Positions 55,519-64,000 of a stretch of DNA of 64,000 nucleotides are shown piece by piece (within the stretch, counting starts at the first letter, position 1; each line of letters opens with the position of its first letter). The DNA lies in IMG/VR virus record IMGVR_UViG_3300025831_000403, one strand, 5' to 3'. The position numbers were made by a program, and so were the translations under genes. A model generated the notes under the pieces. It did no database searches. It was not told the origin of the DNA and saw nothing but the letters and a program-made list of their open reading frames with translations. This DNA comes from a virus.

Positions 55519-58500
55519 ATGCAAATAACAAAAAGAGATGGTAGCAAACAAGAGTTAGATTTAAATAAGATTCATGCTGTTTTAACATGGGCTTGTGAAG
55601 GAAGAAATGATGATGCGTTACACCCAATAAAAGGGGTATCAATTTCTCAAATAGAAATGAATGCACAATTACATTTTTATGATGGTATGCCAACTAAACA
55701 AATTCATGAAACACTAATTAAGGCTGCTTCAGAATTGATTTCAGAAGACTTTCCAAATTATGATCAGGTTGCTGCACGTTTAGTATGGTTTTCTGTAAGA
55801 AAAGAAGCATTTAGAAATAATTTGCCTCCACATTTGTCAAAAATAATTCATACAAATGTTGAAAATGGAGTATATGCAAAAGATATTTTAACAATATATT
55901 CAGAAGAAGAATTAGATGAAATAAATGCAATGATAGACCATCGTCGTGATGACTTATTTAAATATGCTGGTGCAGAACAAATGAGAAAGAAATATTTAGT
56001 TCAAAATCGTAAAACAAAAAAAGTTTTTGAATCATTTCAATTGCCATACATTATGGTTGCTGCGATATTATTTAGCAGTTATCCAAAAAACACAAGATTA
56101 AAATATGTTAAAAAATATTATGATTTAATATCTCAACATTATATTTCTTTGCCAACACCAATTATGGCAGGATTAAGAACAAGTGTGAAACAGTTTAGCT
56201 CTTGCACTCTAATTGAATCTGGAGATTCATTAAAATCAATAAATGCGGCCGCGGCAGCAATTGTAGATTATGCATCAAGAAAAGCAGGAATTGGTTTAAA
56301 TATAGGTCAAATTCGTGCTGAAGGCCAAAAGGTTCGTGGTGGAGATGCAGTTACAACTGGAGTTGTGCCTTTTGCAAAATATTTTAATGGAGCATTAAAA
56401 TCATGTTCTCAAGGCGCAGTGCGTGGAGCTTCAGCAACATTCAATTATCCTATATGGCATCTAGAGTTTGAAAGATTAATTGAGTTGAAAAATAATAAAG
56501 GAACAGAAGAAACTCGTTTAAGAACTGTTGATTATTGTATTCACTTAAATCGTTTGTTTTATGAGCTTTTAGTTAAAAAAGGTGAGATTACTTTTTTTAG
56601 TCCAGAAGAAGTTCCTGAATTATATAAGGCATTTTATTCTAGTAATTATAAAGAGTTTGAAAAACTTTATAAACAATATGAAAAGGATCCAAAAATAACT
56701 AAAAAAAAATTACCTGCTGTTGAGGTTTTTCAAAAGATTTTACAAGAGCGTTTTGAAACTGGTCGTATTTACATTATGAATGCTGACCATGTGAATACAC
56801 ATAGTTCATTTTATGAGTCAATTAAAATGACAAACCTTTGTTTAACAGGTGATACAAGGATTGTTACAAATAAAGGAATAAGAACATTAACTGATCTATA
56901 TTCTTCACAAGAAGAATTTAATGTTTCTTCAGATGTTCGTGCTATTGAAAATCAAGAAATTATATTAAAATATGGAAATAGAAGTGAACAGAGATATTCA
57001 AATAAGATTGCTCAATTTGGTACAGATAATTTTAGAAGTTCTAAAGTTTTCATGACTAACCCCAATGCTGCTGTTTTTGAGGTTAAAACTGCTAGTGGAT
57101 ATTCGATAAAAGGAACTTCAGATCACAAGGTAATGACAGGTGATGGTTGGAAAACTATTGGTGAGTTATCTCCTGATGATAGTTTATACATTCAATCTGG
57201 TGAAGGTTTATTTGCTGAAAAATATGTGTTTGAAAAATTTGAATATGTTTCTTCAAATAATAAATGGAATAAGTATTATGCAGTAAACAAATTTAATGTT
57301 CCTACTGAGTCTGATGAAGAATTGGGTGAATTGATTGGTTGGCTGGTTGGTGATGGATTTATAGATACAACAAAAGACCATACTTATTTTGTTTTTGGAA
57401 ATAAAGATTATGATCTAATTCCTAAAGTTAAATCTTATATTAATAAGATTTTACCAACAGCGACGATTTCATTTAATGAATTTGAAAACTCTAAACAAAT
57501 GTATGTTCAAGATAGACGTTTAGGATTGTGGTTGAAAAGTATTGGTGTTAGCAACAAGAAATCACATGAGAAAATTGTTCCTGGATTCATTTGGAAATCT
57601 GATAAAAAAACTGTTGCAGGATTTTTGCGTGGACTATTTTCTGCTGATGGAACAGTATTAGCTTCTAATAAGGATAATTTTTCTTTAGCACTAAATAGTA
57701 CAAGTAAAAAAATGTTAGATGAAGTTACTATACTATTAAGTAATTTTGGAATTAGAACATCTATTTACTTAAGAAAAGAAGAAGGTTTTGAATTATTACC
57801 AAATTCCAAAAGAGTGAAAGAACTTTATCCTACAAAAGAAATGTTTGGATTACATATTGGTAAAAATAATAGAGATATTTTTAAAAATGAAATTGGATTT
57901 AATTTATTGTATAAAAATGAAAAAGTAACTAATTTATCTTTAATGAGAAATGAAAAAACAAGAAGTGGGTTTTATCCAGAAAGATATCAGGATAGAATTA
58001 TTTCTGTAAACTTTATAGAGTTTGCTCCAGTATATGATATTACTGTTGAAGAAAGTCATTCATTTATTGCTAATGGTTTAGTTGTTCATAATTGCACAGA
58101 GATTACATTACCAACAGCACCAGTAACATATGCTGGAGATACTCAATATGCTGAAGAAGATGGATTGATAGCACTTTGTACATTATCTGCTATTAATTGG
58201 GGGAAATTTATACCATTTGGTGATTTAGATGAAGAAAGTTCTATACCACAAAGACAAGAAGTTAGGCTTAAAGATGCTTGTGATATGGCTGTTAGAGGGT
58301 TGGATGCACTTCTTGATTATCAAGAATATCCTGTGGAAGCAGCACGTCGTCATAGTATGAGATATCGTCCATTAGGAATTGGTATTATTGGATTTGGGCA
58401 TTGGCTAGCTAAAGGTAAATTATATTGGGGAGAAGATAATACATTGGTTGAAGTTGAAACTATGATGGAAAAAATGGCTTATTATTTAACTGAGTCATCA

Positions 58501-59058
58501 ATTAATTTAGCTGAAGAATTTGGTGGATTAACAACAAAAACAAAATATCATGATGGAATTTTTCCTATTGATACTTCTATGTTTAAAGCGAAAACAAAAA
58601 TGGATTGGAATTTGCTAAAAGCAAAAGCGAAAAAATTTGGTATTCGTAATGCAACATTAATGGCTTTAATGCCATCAGAAACATCTTCACAATTGTCTAA
58701 CGAAACTAATGGTATAGAGCCACCAAGAGATATGGTATCAATTAAAGGTTCAAAAGAAGGTGTGTTGCCACAAATTGTTCCTGAATATACTAAGTTGGCA
58801 GCATTTTATCAAACTCTTTGGCAAGTTGAATCTAGAGATTATTTAAAAACAATTGCTATACTACAAAAATATATTGACCAAGCAATTAGTGTAAATACAT
58901 CTTATGACCCAGGTAAGGGGGAAATTAAAATGAGTAAGTTAATTGAAGATTTATTGTTTGCTTATAAGCTTGGTCATAAAACATTATATTATTCTAATAC
59001 TCGTGATGGAAGTGGTGAAAGTGATGATAGTTGTGATACTGGAGCCTGTAAAATATAA
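55519..59058 (+). CDS. nrdA: Ribonucleotide reductase class Ia alpha subunit containing an intein
   Basis: ATP cone, PTPIMAG, SSC, QGAVRG, TNL|C.E, PSETSSQ, C-terminal CxxxxC pair. Confidence 0.97.
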   Translation: MQITKRDGSKQELDLNKIHAVLTWACEGRNDDALHPIKGVSISQIEMNAQLHFYDGMPTKQIHETLIKAASELISEDFPNYDQVAARLVWFSVRKEAFRNNLPPHLSKIIHTNVENGVYAKDILTIYSEEELDEINAMIDHRRDDLFKYAGAEQMRKKYLVQNRKTKKVFESFQLPYIMVAAILFSSYPKNTRLKYVKKYYDLISQHYISLPTPIMAGLRTSVKQFSSCTLIESGDSLKSINAAAAAIVDYASRKAGIGLNIGQIRAEGQKVRGGDAVTTGVVPFAKYFNGALKSCSQGAVRGASATFNYPIWHLEFERLIELKNNKGTEETRLRTVDYCIHLNRLFYELLVKKGEITFFSPEEVPELYKAFYSSNYKEFEKLYKQYEKDPKITKKKLPAVEVFQKILQERFETGRIYIMNADHVNTHSSFYESIKMTNLCLTGDTRIVTNKGIRTLTDLYSSQEEFNVSSDVRAIENQEIILKYGNRSEQRYSNKIAQFGTDNFRSSKVFMTNPNAAVFEVKTASGYSIKGTSDHKVMTGDGWKTIGELSPDDSLYIQSGEGLFAEKYVFEKFEYVSSNNKWNKYYAVNKFNVPTESDEELGELIGWLVGDGFIDTTKDHTYFVFGNKDYDLIPKVKSYINKILPTATISFNEFENSKQMYVQDRRLGLWLKSIGVSNKKSHEKIVPGFIWKSDKKTVAGFLRGLFSADGTVLASNKDNFSLALNSTSKKMLDEVTILLSNFGIRTSIYLRKEEGFELLPNSKRVKELYPTKEMFGLHIGKNNRDIFKNEIGFNLLYKNEKVTNLSLMRNEKTRSGFYPERYQDRIISVNFIEFAPVYDITVEESHSFIANGLVVHNCTEITLPTAPVTYAGDTQYAEEDGLIALCTLSAINWGKFIPFGDLDEESSIPQRQEVRLKDACDMAVRGLDALLDYQEYPVEAARRHSMRYRPLGIGIIGFGHWLAKGKLYWGEDNTLVEVETMMEKMAYYLTESSINLAEEFGGLTTKTKYHDGIFPIDTSMFKAKTKMDWNLLKAKAKKFGIRNATLMALMPSETSSQLSNETNGIEPPRDMVSIKGSKEGVLPQIVPEYTKLAAFYQTLWQVESRDYLKTIAILQKYIDQAISVNTSYDPGKGEIKMSKLIEDLLFAYKLGHKTLYYSNTRDGSGESDDSCDTGACKI
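56839..58092 (+). mobile_element. Intein with LAGLIDADG homing endonuclease (418 aa)
   Basis: N-terminal CLTGDT, LIGWLVGDG and LRGLFSADG, C-terminal VHN followed by Cys. Confidence 0.95.
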
Positions 59059-59062
59059 AAAT

Positions 59063-59095
59063 AAGAAAAGCCTTGTGAAAATCAAGGCTTTTCTT
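59063..59095 (+). terminator. Intrinsic (bidirectional-type) terminator after nrdA
   Basis: aagaaaagccttg-tgaaaat-caaggcttttctt. Confidence 0.85.
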
Positions 59096-59649
59096 TAACT
59101 ATTATGAATGGTTTGTTTTTAGATAAATAATGTCATAATTAAATTATGAAAAGTATAAATTTAGAATTAGAAAATATAGCCAAACATTGTGATTTGAAAG
59201 AATGGATGTTAAAGTATCAATCTTTTCCTAAATCACATGATGGTAAAAAACAAAGTTATTTAAATAATAGCATTTATAAATGTTTTTCTAATAGTTTATA
59301 ATTTAAGAATAAAAAACCATTGCTAGATTTTTTATTAAGTTAAGGTGGTTCATTTACAAATGAAACATTAAGTAAAATGTCTGTTCAAGGAGAAAGAGAA
59401 ACAATAAGAAACTATATTCATACTTTTATCTGGGAAGATTTTTTTTAATCCATCAAAAATTACATTAAATAGTAAAAAGAATTGTTTTGAAGAATGTATT
59501 CAATTAGGCTTTAATTATTTTAAAGAAGAAATGTTAATTATACCAATAACTGAAATTGCTGAAGATTTACATCCATTTTTTAATAAAATAAGTTTAACAT
59601 TTAATCTTTCAGAACAATTAATTTTAAATGTTGAAAAATAAAATTTAAT

Positions 59650-59945
59650 ATGAAATTACAAACAAAAGAAAAAATAGAAAAGTGGCTATATGAATATGGT
59701 ATAGAAAAGTATATAATTAATGATAATTTAACTATTGATGTTAATGGTGATGTGGATTTATCTGATAAAGATTTAATTGAAATATTAGTTAACATTCAAT
59801 AATGTTTCTGGTGATTTTTATTGTTCAAATAACGAATTAACGAGTTTAAATGGGGCACATTAAAAAGTAGGTGGTTCTTTTAATTGTTATAATAATAGTT
59901 TACAAACACTATTTTATATCCCCAAGATTATTGGTAGAAAAAAAC
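59650..59945 (+). pseudogene. Decayed short-repeat (LRR-like) protein
   Basis: Fragments IDVNGDVDLS and VSGDFYCSNNELTSLNGAH*KVGGSFNCYNN in different frames. Confidence 0.55.
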
Positions 59946-60033
59946 TAATAGAGTTAAGATTTGAATTTTTGATTAAATTATAATTATCTATTATACTTTA
60001 AGAGAGTATAAAAAAAACAAAACGTGGTTAAAT

Positions 60034-60987
60034 ATGGAAAAAGAAAAAATTTTAAAAATAGCAATTGATATTTTAACTACTAAATATAGTGATGAATATA
60101 TTGAAGAGTTGTGTAACAGTGGATATAAAAAGTTTTTATTAGGCCTATCAAAGTTAGATGAACGTCAAATAATAAAGGTGTTAAATATTCATCCTGAGTA
60201 TGCAAATAAAAAGATAACTGGATGGCATTCCTTACATTATGCCTGTTTACTTAATAATCCACATATATTGGATAATTTTATGAGGAAAGCTATAGCTGAT
60301 GGAATGAAGACATTACCAACAACTGAAGTAATTAAAAAAGAAATAGACAGTGGTTTAACTCTATTGAATTTTTGTGCATTCACAAATAACGAATACTCTT
60401 ATGCAAAAGTTCTTACATTTCTAGGGAATATAGAAGAACAAAATTTTGAGGAATCATTAAGGTATGGATTACTTAATGGAAGTTATAAAACAGTTAAGTT
60501 AATTAATAAAATAATAGGTGAAGAAAAGTCTCAACAATTAATGTTGGAATTTTTCACTTCTAAACATATTACTCAAAATGGAAGATTAAGAGAAAATATA
60601 GATTATGCTTTAGTTGAAACATTTAAGCATAATCCATCAAAATTTGATGATTATGGTATAGATATAAGAACAACAATTGTTGGGAAACCAAATTACTTTA
60701 CATCAACATTAAAATTATTTTTAAGGGATACATATACTATTGAAAAACAAGGTATAAATACAATTAAAAATTACTTAAGGTATTTTACAAGTAAAGGGTT
60801 TGATTTTGATACAAAAGATAATGAGGGTGTTACTCCAAGAGTATATTTAAATAAATTTATAGATAAATTATTTGATCAGAGCTTAAGAGATCAATTAATT
60901 AATTTTTTACCAGAAGTAGAAAAGGTTGCATTAGATAATGTTCTTGAAAAATCTACCTTAATAGAACCAAAGAAAATAAAGATTTAA
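60034..60987 (+). CDS. Hypothetical protein with degenerate ankyrin repeats
   Basis: GWHSLHYACL, GLTLLNFCA, DNEGVTP; ends KKIKI. Confidence 0.7.
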   Translation: MEKEKILKIAIDILTTKYSDEYIEELCNSGYKKFLLGLSKLDERQIIKVLNIHPEYANKKITGWHSLHYACLLNNPHILDNFMRKAIADGMKTLPTTEVIKKEIDSGLTLLNFCAFTNNEYSYAKVLTFLGNIEEQNFEESLRYGLLNGSYKTVKLINKIIGEEKSQQLMLEFFTSKHITQNGRLRENIDYALVETFKHNPSKFDDYGIDIRTTIVGKPNYFTSTLKLFLRDTYTIEKQGINTIKNYLRYFTSKGFDFDTKDNEGVTPRVYLNKFIDKLFDQSLRDQLINFLPEVEKVALDNVLEKSTLIEPKKIKI

Positions 60988-62741
60988 ATTTTCTTTACTT
61001 TTTGCTTTACTGTATTGTGAGTAAGGTTAGCATCTAATTCTAAAACATTGAATTGTTTAACAATTTTGTCAGCTATTAAATCTTCTTTACCATATGTTTT
61101 AAAGATGCTAATAATTTCATTCCATTGATTATCAAAAAAATCAGAGCCTAATTTAACATTATTTGTTAGACATGAATCTAGCAGTGAGTTAATTATAACA
61201 AATAGGTTAGACTGTTGTTTATATTCAGTAGTTAATATTTTATATTCATGAGATGATTGATGTTCGCTTGTCCAAATTTTCGTCCAATTATCTTTAATTT
61301 TTGTTAATGTATTTTTTTTATCAAAGTCATTAAGGTTGTTAAAGTTTTTATTTATAATTTGGACTAAGACATTATGTTCAAGACTTGAATTAATGGGAAG
61401 TTGCAATGAGGTGATAATTAAAGCATCTAAAACATTAAGGGATTCATTAAATGGTTTTTTAAAATCTATTTCTTTTTTATTTAGCCATCGTAATAAGTTA
61501 GAAAAACACTTTAGTGAAACATTTGCCTTACTGTCGTTAAGTTTAAGAAAATCCCACTCTCCATTTTGTGATTTAACCCAATCATCTTTTGAATTATCTA
61601 AGTTCTCAGGTTTTATTGGGAAATAACACTTTATATTCATTTCAGAATTAACATATTGACGATTATTTGTTTTTAAAACAGCAGATAACATATCTGAATA
61701 ATCCTCTATTTTGTCTTTACTTTTTAACCAATTCTTTAAAAATGCTTGTTTGTTTGTTATTAAATCTGGTTTATTAGGAACAGAAATTAAAACTTTATTG
61801 AAATCAACTTCAATTTTTTGATTTTTATTCAGTTGATTTAATGTCCTAATTTTACCTTCTTTAAGTAACTTGTTTTGTAAAGTCATTTTATTGGTTTCTT
61901 TATCAAAGAAATCTACACAATTAAGATTTACATATTTAAGTTCAAGTGTTTTTATAAGTGAAGATAAGTATTGTTCTTTAGGAATAGAACATGTTGAAAA
62001 CAATATTTTACTTTGAAAATCAATATTAGTTGTTTTGTCTGTTGAAATATTTTTCCAAATATTTTTCCCATCAGTAAGAATTTCTTTTATATCAAAAAAA
62101 GAAACAAATTTTCCATTTCTTGCCTGCTTAAACAATTTATTCATTTGAAAAACATTAGACAACCATAAGGTTTCAGAATTATCTTCCTTAGTAACTACTG
62201 TCCATGGAGTTAGGCCAAATAAAGAATCAATTTTTTTCATTTCATCAATATGATGACAAGAAAGTAGAAATTGATTTAGATTTTGTTTATTTGTATCTAA
62301 TTTATAAGTGTTCCAAATTATCTTTATTTCTTCATCTTTTAATAATCCAAGACTAAACGCTTGATAAGCAATTTTCTTCATTTTTAAAGAATCAATATTT
62401 ATATCGTTAAAAAAATAATCATGGAAAGATTTTTCAGTAAAACCTTTAAGTGATAAAAATTTTAACTTAATTAATGGTTTTTTTTCATTACGAGAAATAT
62501 TTGTATAAAGATTAAACTCTAATAGTTTTTCCCAGGTTAATCCTTGCTCAAATAATATATAAAAAGATTGTGCAATAACTTTTTCAACATTATCATTTGT
62601 TTTAAATTCAATATATAAAGAAACTAAATCTGCAACAACATCCTCAATTGATTCTTCTTTTTTATTTATGGACAAAAAAATTGTATCAGTTGTGATTTTA
62701 TTTTTCTGTAAAATTAGTTCTTTAATATTTTGATATAACAT
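60984..62741 (-). CDS. Hypothetical protein with basic C-terminal tail
   Basis: 585-aa ORF ending LDANLTHNTVKQKVKKI. Confidence 0.7.
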   Translation of the reverse strand: MLYQNIKELILQKNKITTDTIFLSINKKEESIEDVVADLVSLYIEFKTNDNVEKVIAQSFYILFEQGLTWEKLLEFNLYTNISRNEKKPLIKLKFLSLKGFTEKSFHDYFFNDINIDSLKMKKIAYQAFSLGLLKDEEIKIIWNTYKLDTNKQNLNQFLLSCHHIDEMKKIDSLFGLTPWTVVTKEDNSETLWLSNVFQMNKLFKQARNGKFVSFFDIKEILTDGKNIWKNISTDKTTNIDFQSKILFSTCSIPKEQYLSSLIKTLELKYVNLNCVDFFDKETNKMTLQNKLLKEGKIRTLNQLNKNQKIEVDFNKVLISVPNKPDLITNKQAFLKNWLKSKDKIEDYSDMLSAVLKTNNRQYVNSEMNIKCYFPIKPENLDNSKDDWVKSQNGEWDFLKLNDSKANVSLKCFSNLLRWLNKKEIDFKKPFNESLNVLDALIITSLQLPINSSLEHNVLVQIINKNFNNLNDFDKKNTLTKIKDNWTKIWTSEHQSSHEYKILTTEYKQQSNLFVIINSLLDSCLTNNVKLGSDFFDNQWNEIISIFKTYGKEDLIADKIVKQFNVLELDANLTHNTVKQKVKKI

Positions 62742-62839
62742 AAACTTTCCTATATAATATAATTATAATAAAACATCTTCTATATGTCTATTTGATTTAG
62801 ACCGTTGAAGAGTAGTAAAATTTTTAATAAGGAATAATT

Positions 62840-64000
62840 ATGAATATAAATGAAATAACAAAAGAAGATATTAATGAAAGAGAAAGAAGAGAAAAACAAC
62901 AAGCATTAGAAGTTGTCTCTCAAAAAAATTGCATACTAAGAGTTGTGGCCGGTTCTAATGCATATGGAACTAATAATCCTGAGAGTGATTGGGATGAGCG
63001 TGGTATTTTTGTTGATGAAATGTCTAGAGTGATGTTACCTTTTGAAAAAATAGAACAAGTGCAATTAACTAGAGATGATGTCGTATTATATGAATTATCT
63101 AAATATATGCCACTATTACTATTGCAAAATCCAAATGTTATTGAATTAATTTGGACAGAAAAATCAGATATTATTGAAAAAAATGAACTTGGTGATTTAT
63201 TGTTGGAAAATAGGTATGAGTTTTTATCTAAACAAGTTAAAGATAGTTATGTTGGTTATGCTCAATCACAATTAAAAAGAATCAAGGGACATAATAAATG
63301 GATTAATAATCCACAGCCTGAAAATGAACCTAAACAAAAAGATTTTATATCTGTTGTTTGGAATTATACAAATGTTAAAGAGTTTAATAAGAAGGCTCCG
63401 TTAGATGGTTTTATTGCTGTTAATATAGGTGAAAATAATTTTTCTTTATGGTCTATTGAAAAATTAAAAATAGATAAAAAATCATGGATAGATTCAGCAG
63501 GTAATCCTGTAGCTATTTCAAAGCAAGAATTAGATTCATTTAATCCAAATAATTTACCACCTGATGTAATTGTTAAGGTGAATAGGGATATTTACAGTGC
63601 TAATCACACAAACTGGAAAAGTTATTGGACATGGAAAAATAATAGAAATGAAAAAAGGTCTGTATTAGAGGAAAAGTTTGGTTATGATGTAAAACATGCA
63701 ATGCATTTAATCCGATTATTAAGAAGTGGTTTAGATATTTTAGAAAATGGTATTGTTCCTGTAAAAAGACCAGATAAAGATTATCTTTTAGATATACGAA
63801 ATGGTAAATTCACATATGATGAAATTATTAAGGAAAGCGAAATGTTAACTAAAAAGGTAGAGGAAGTTAGTAAAAAAAGCTCTTTACCAAATGAGCCAAA
63901 CTATCCACTAGCAAAAGCCTTAATGTTAGAAATATATATGAAGCAATGGAATTTATCACCAAAAGAAATTGCAACAAAAGTTGTAGGATTAAAAATGTAA
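62840..64000 (+). CDS. Pol-beta superfamily nucleotidyltransferase (RlaP/YcgL-like)
   Basis: GSNAYG....SDWD.RGIF, QNPNVIE, YD.KHAMHLIRL, RPD..YLLDIRNG. Confidence 0.88.
   Translation: MNINEITKEDINERERREKQQALEVVSQKNCILRVVAGSNAYGTNNPESDWDERGIFVDEMSRVMLPFEKIEQVQLTRDDVVLYELSKYMPLLLLQNPNVIELIWTEKSDIIEKNELGDLLLENRYEFLSKQVKDSYVGYAQSQLKRIKGHNKWINNPQPENEPKQKDFISVVWNYTNVKEFNKKAPLDGFIAVNIGENNFSLWSIEKLKIDKKSWIDSAGNPVAISKQELDSFNPNNLPPDVIVKVNRDIYSANHTNWKSYWTWKNNRNEKRSVLEEKFGYDVKHAMHLIRLLRSGLDILENGIVPVKRPDKDYLLDIRNGKFTYDEIIKESEMLTKKVEEVSKKSSLPNEPNYPLAKALMLEIYMKQWNLSPKEIATKVVGLKM

Overview
Strongly AT-rich, gene-dense segment that looks like part of a very large extrachromosomal replicon (jumbo phage or megaplasmid-like element). 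No rRNA, ribosomal-protein or virion genes are recognisable. It carries DNA and nucleotide metabolism genes (NAD-dependent ligase, class Ia ribonucleotide reductase with an intein in nrdA and a distant nrdB, DEDDh exonuclease, Dcm-type methylase, glyA), ADP-ribose eraser enzymes, a type IV pilin, a glycosyl/acetyl-transferase cassette, several ankyrin-repeat proteins, two mobile-element remnants and many orphans. Consensus sigma70 promoters precede many units. The standout feature is on the minus strand at about 39810-40829. A sigma70 promoter drives a 23-aa leader peptide with ten consecutive Ser codons (MFFVKVSSSSSSSSSSMNRGAYC). This is followed by mutually exclusive antiterminator and terminator hairpins, and then one atypical tRNA-like gene plus six tRNA genes that are all tRNA-Ser. 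That is the architecture of a ribosome-mediated attenuator, here apparently gating a tRNA operon by serine decoding capacity. Other notable signals are a promoter-driven ~400-nt structured ncRNA candidate (47530-47936) and a shared basic-hydrophobic C-terminal tail (..KKIKI-COOH) on about a dozen unrelated proteins. Many ORFs carry single frameshifts or in-frame stops, so part of the fragmentation may be consensus error. All calls come from motif recognition by eye; no database searches or folding programs were run.
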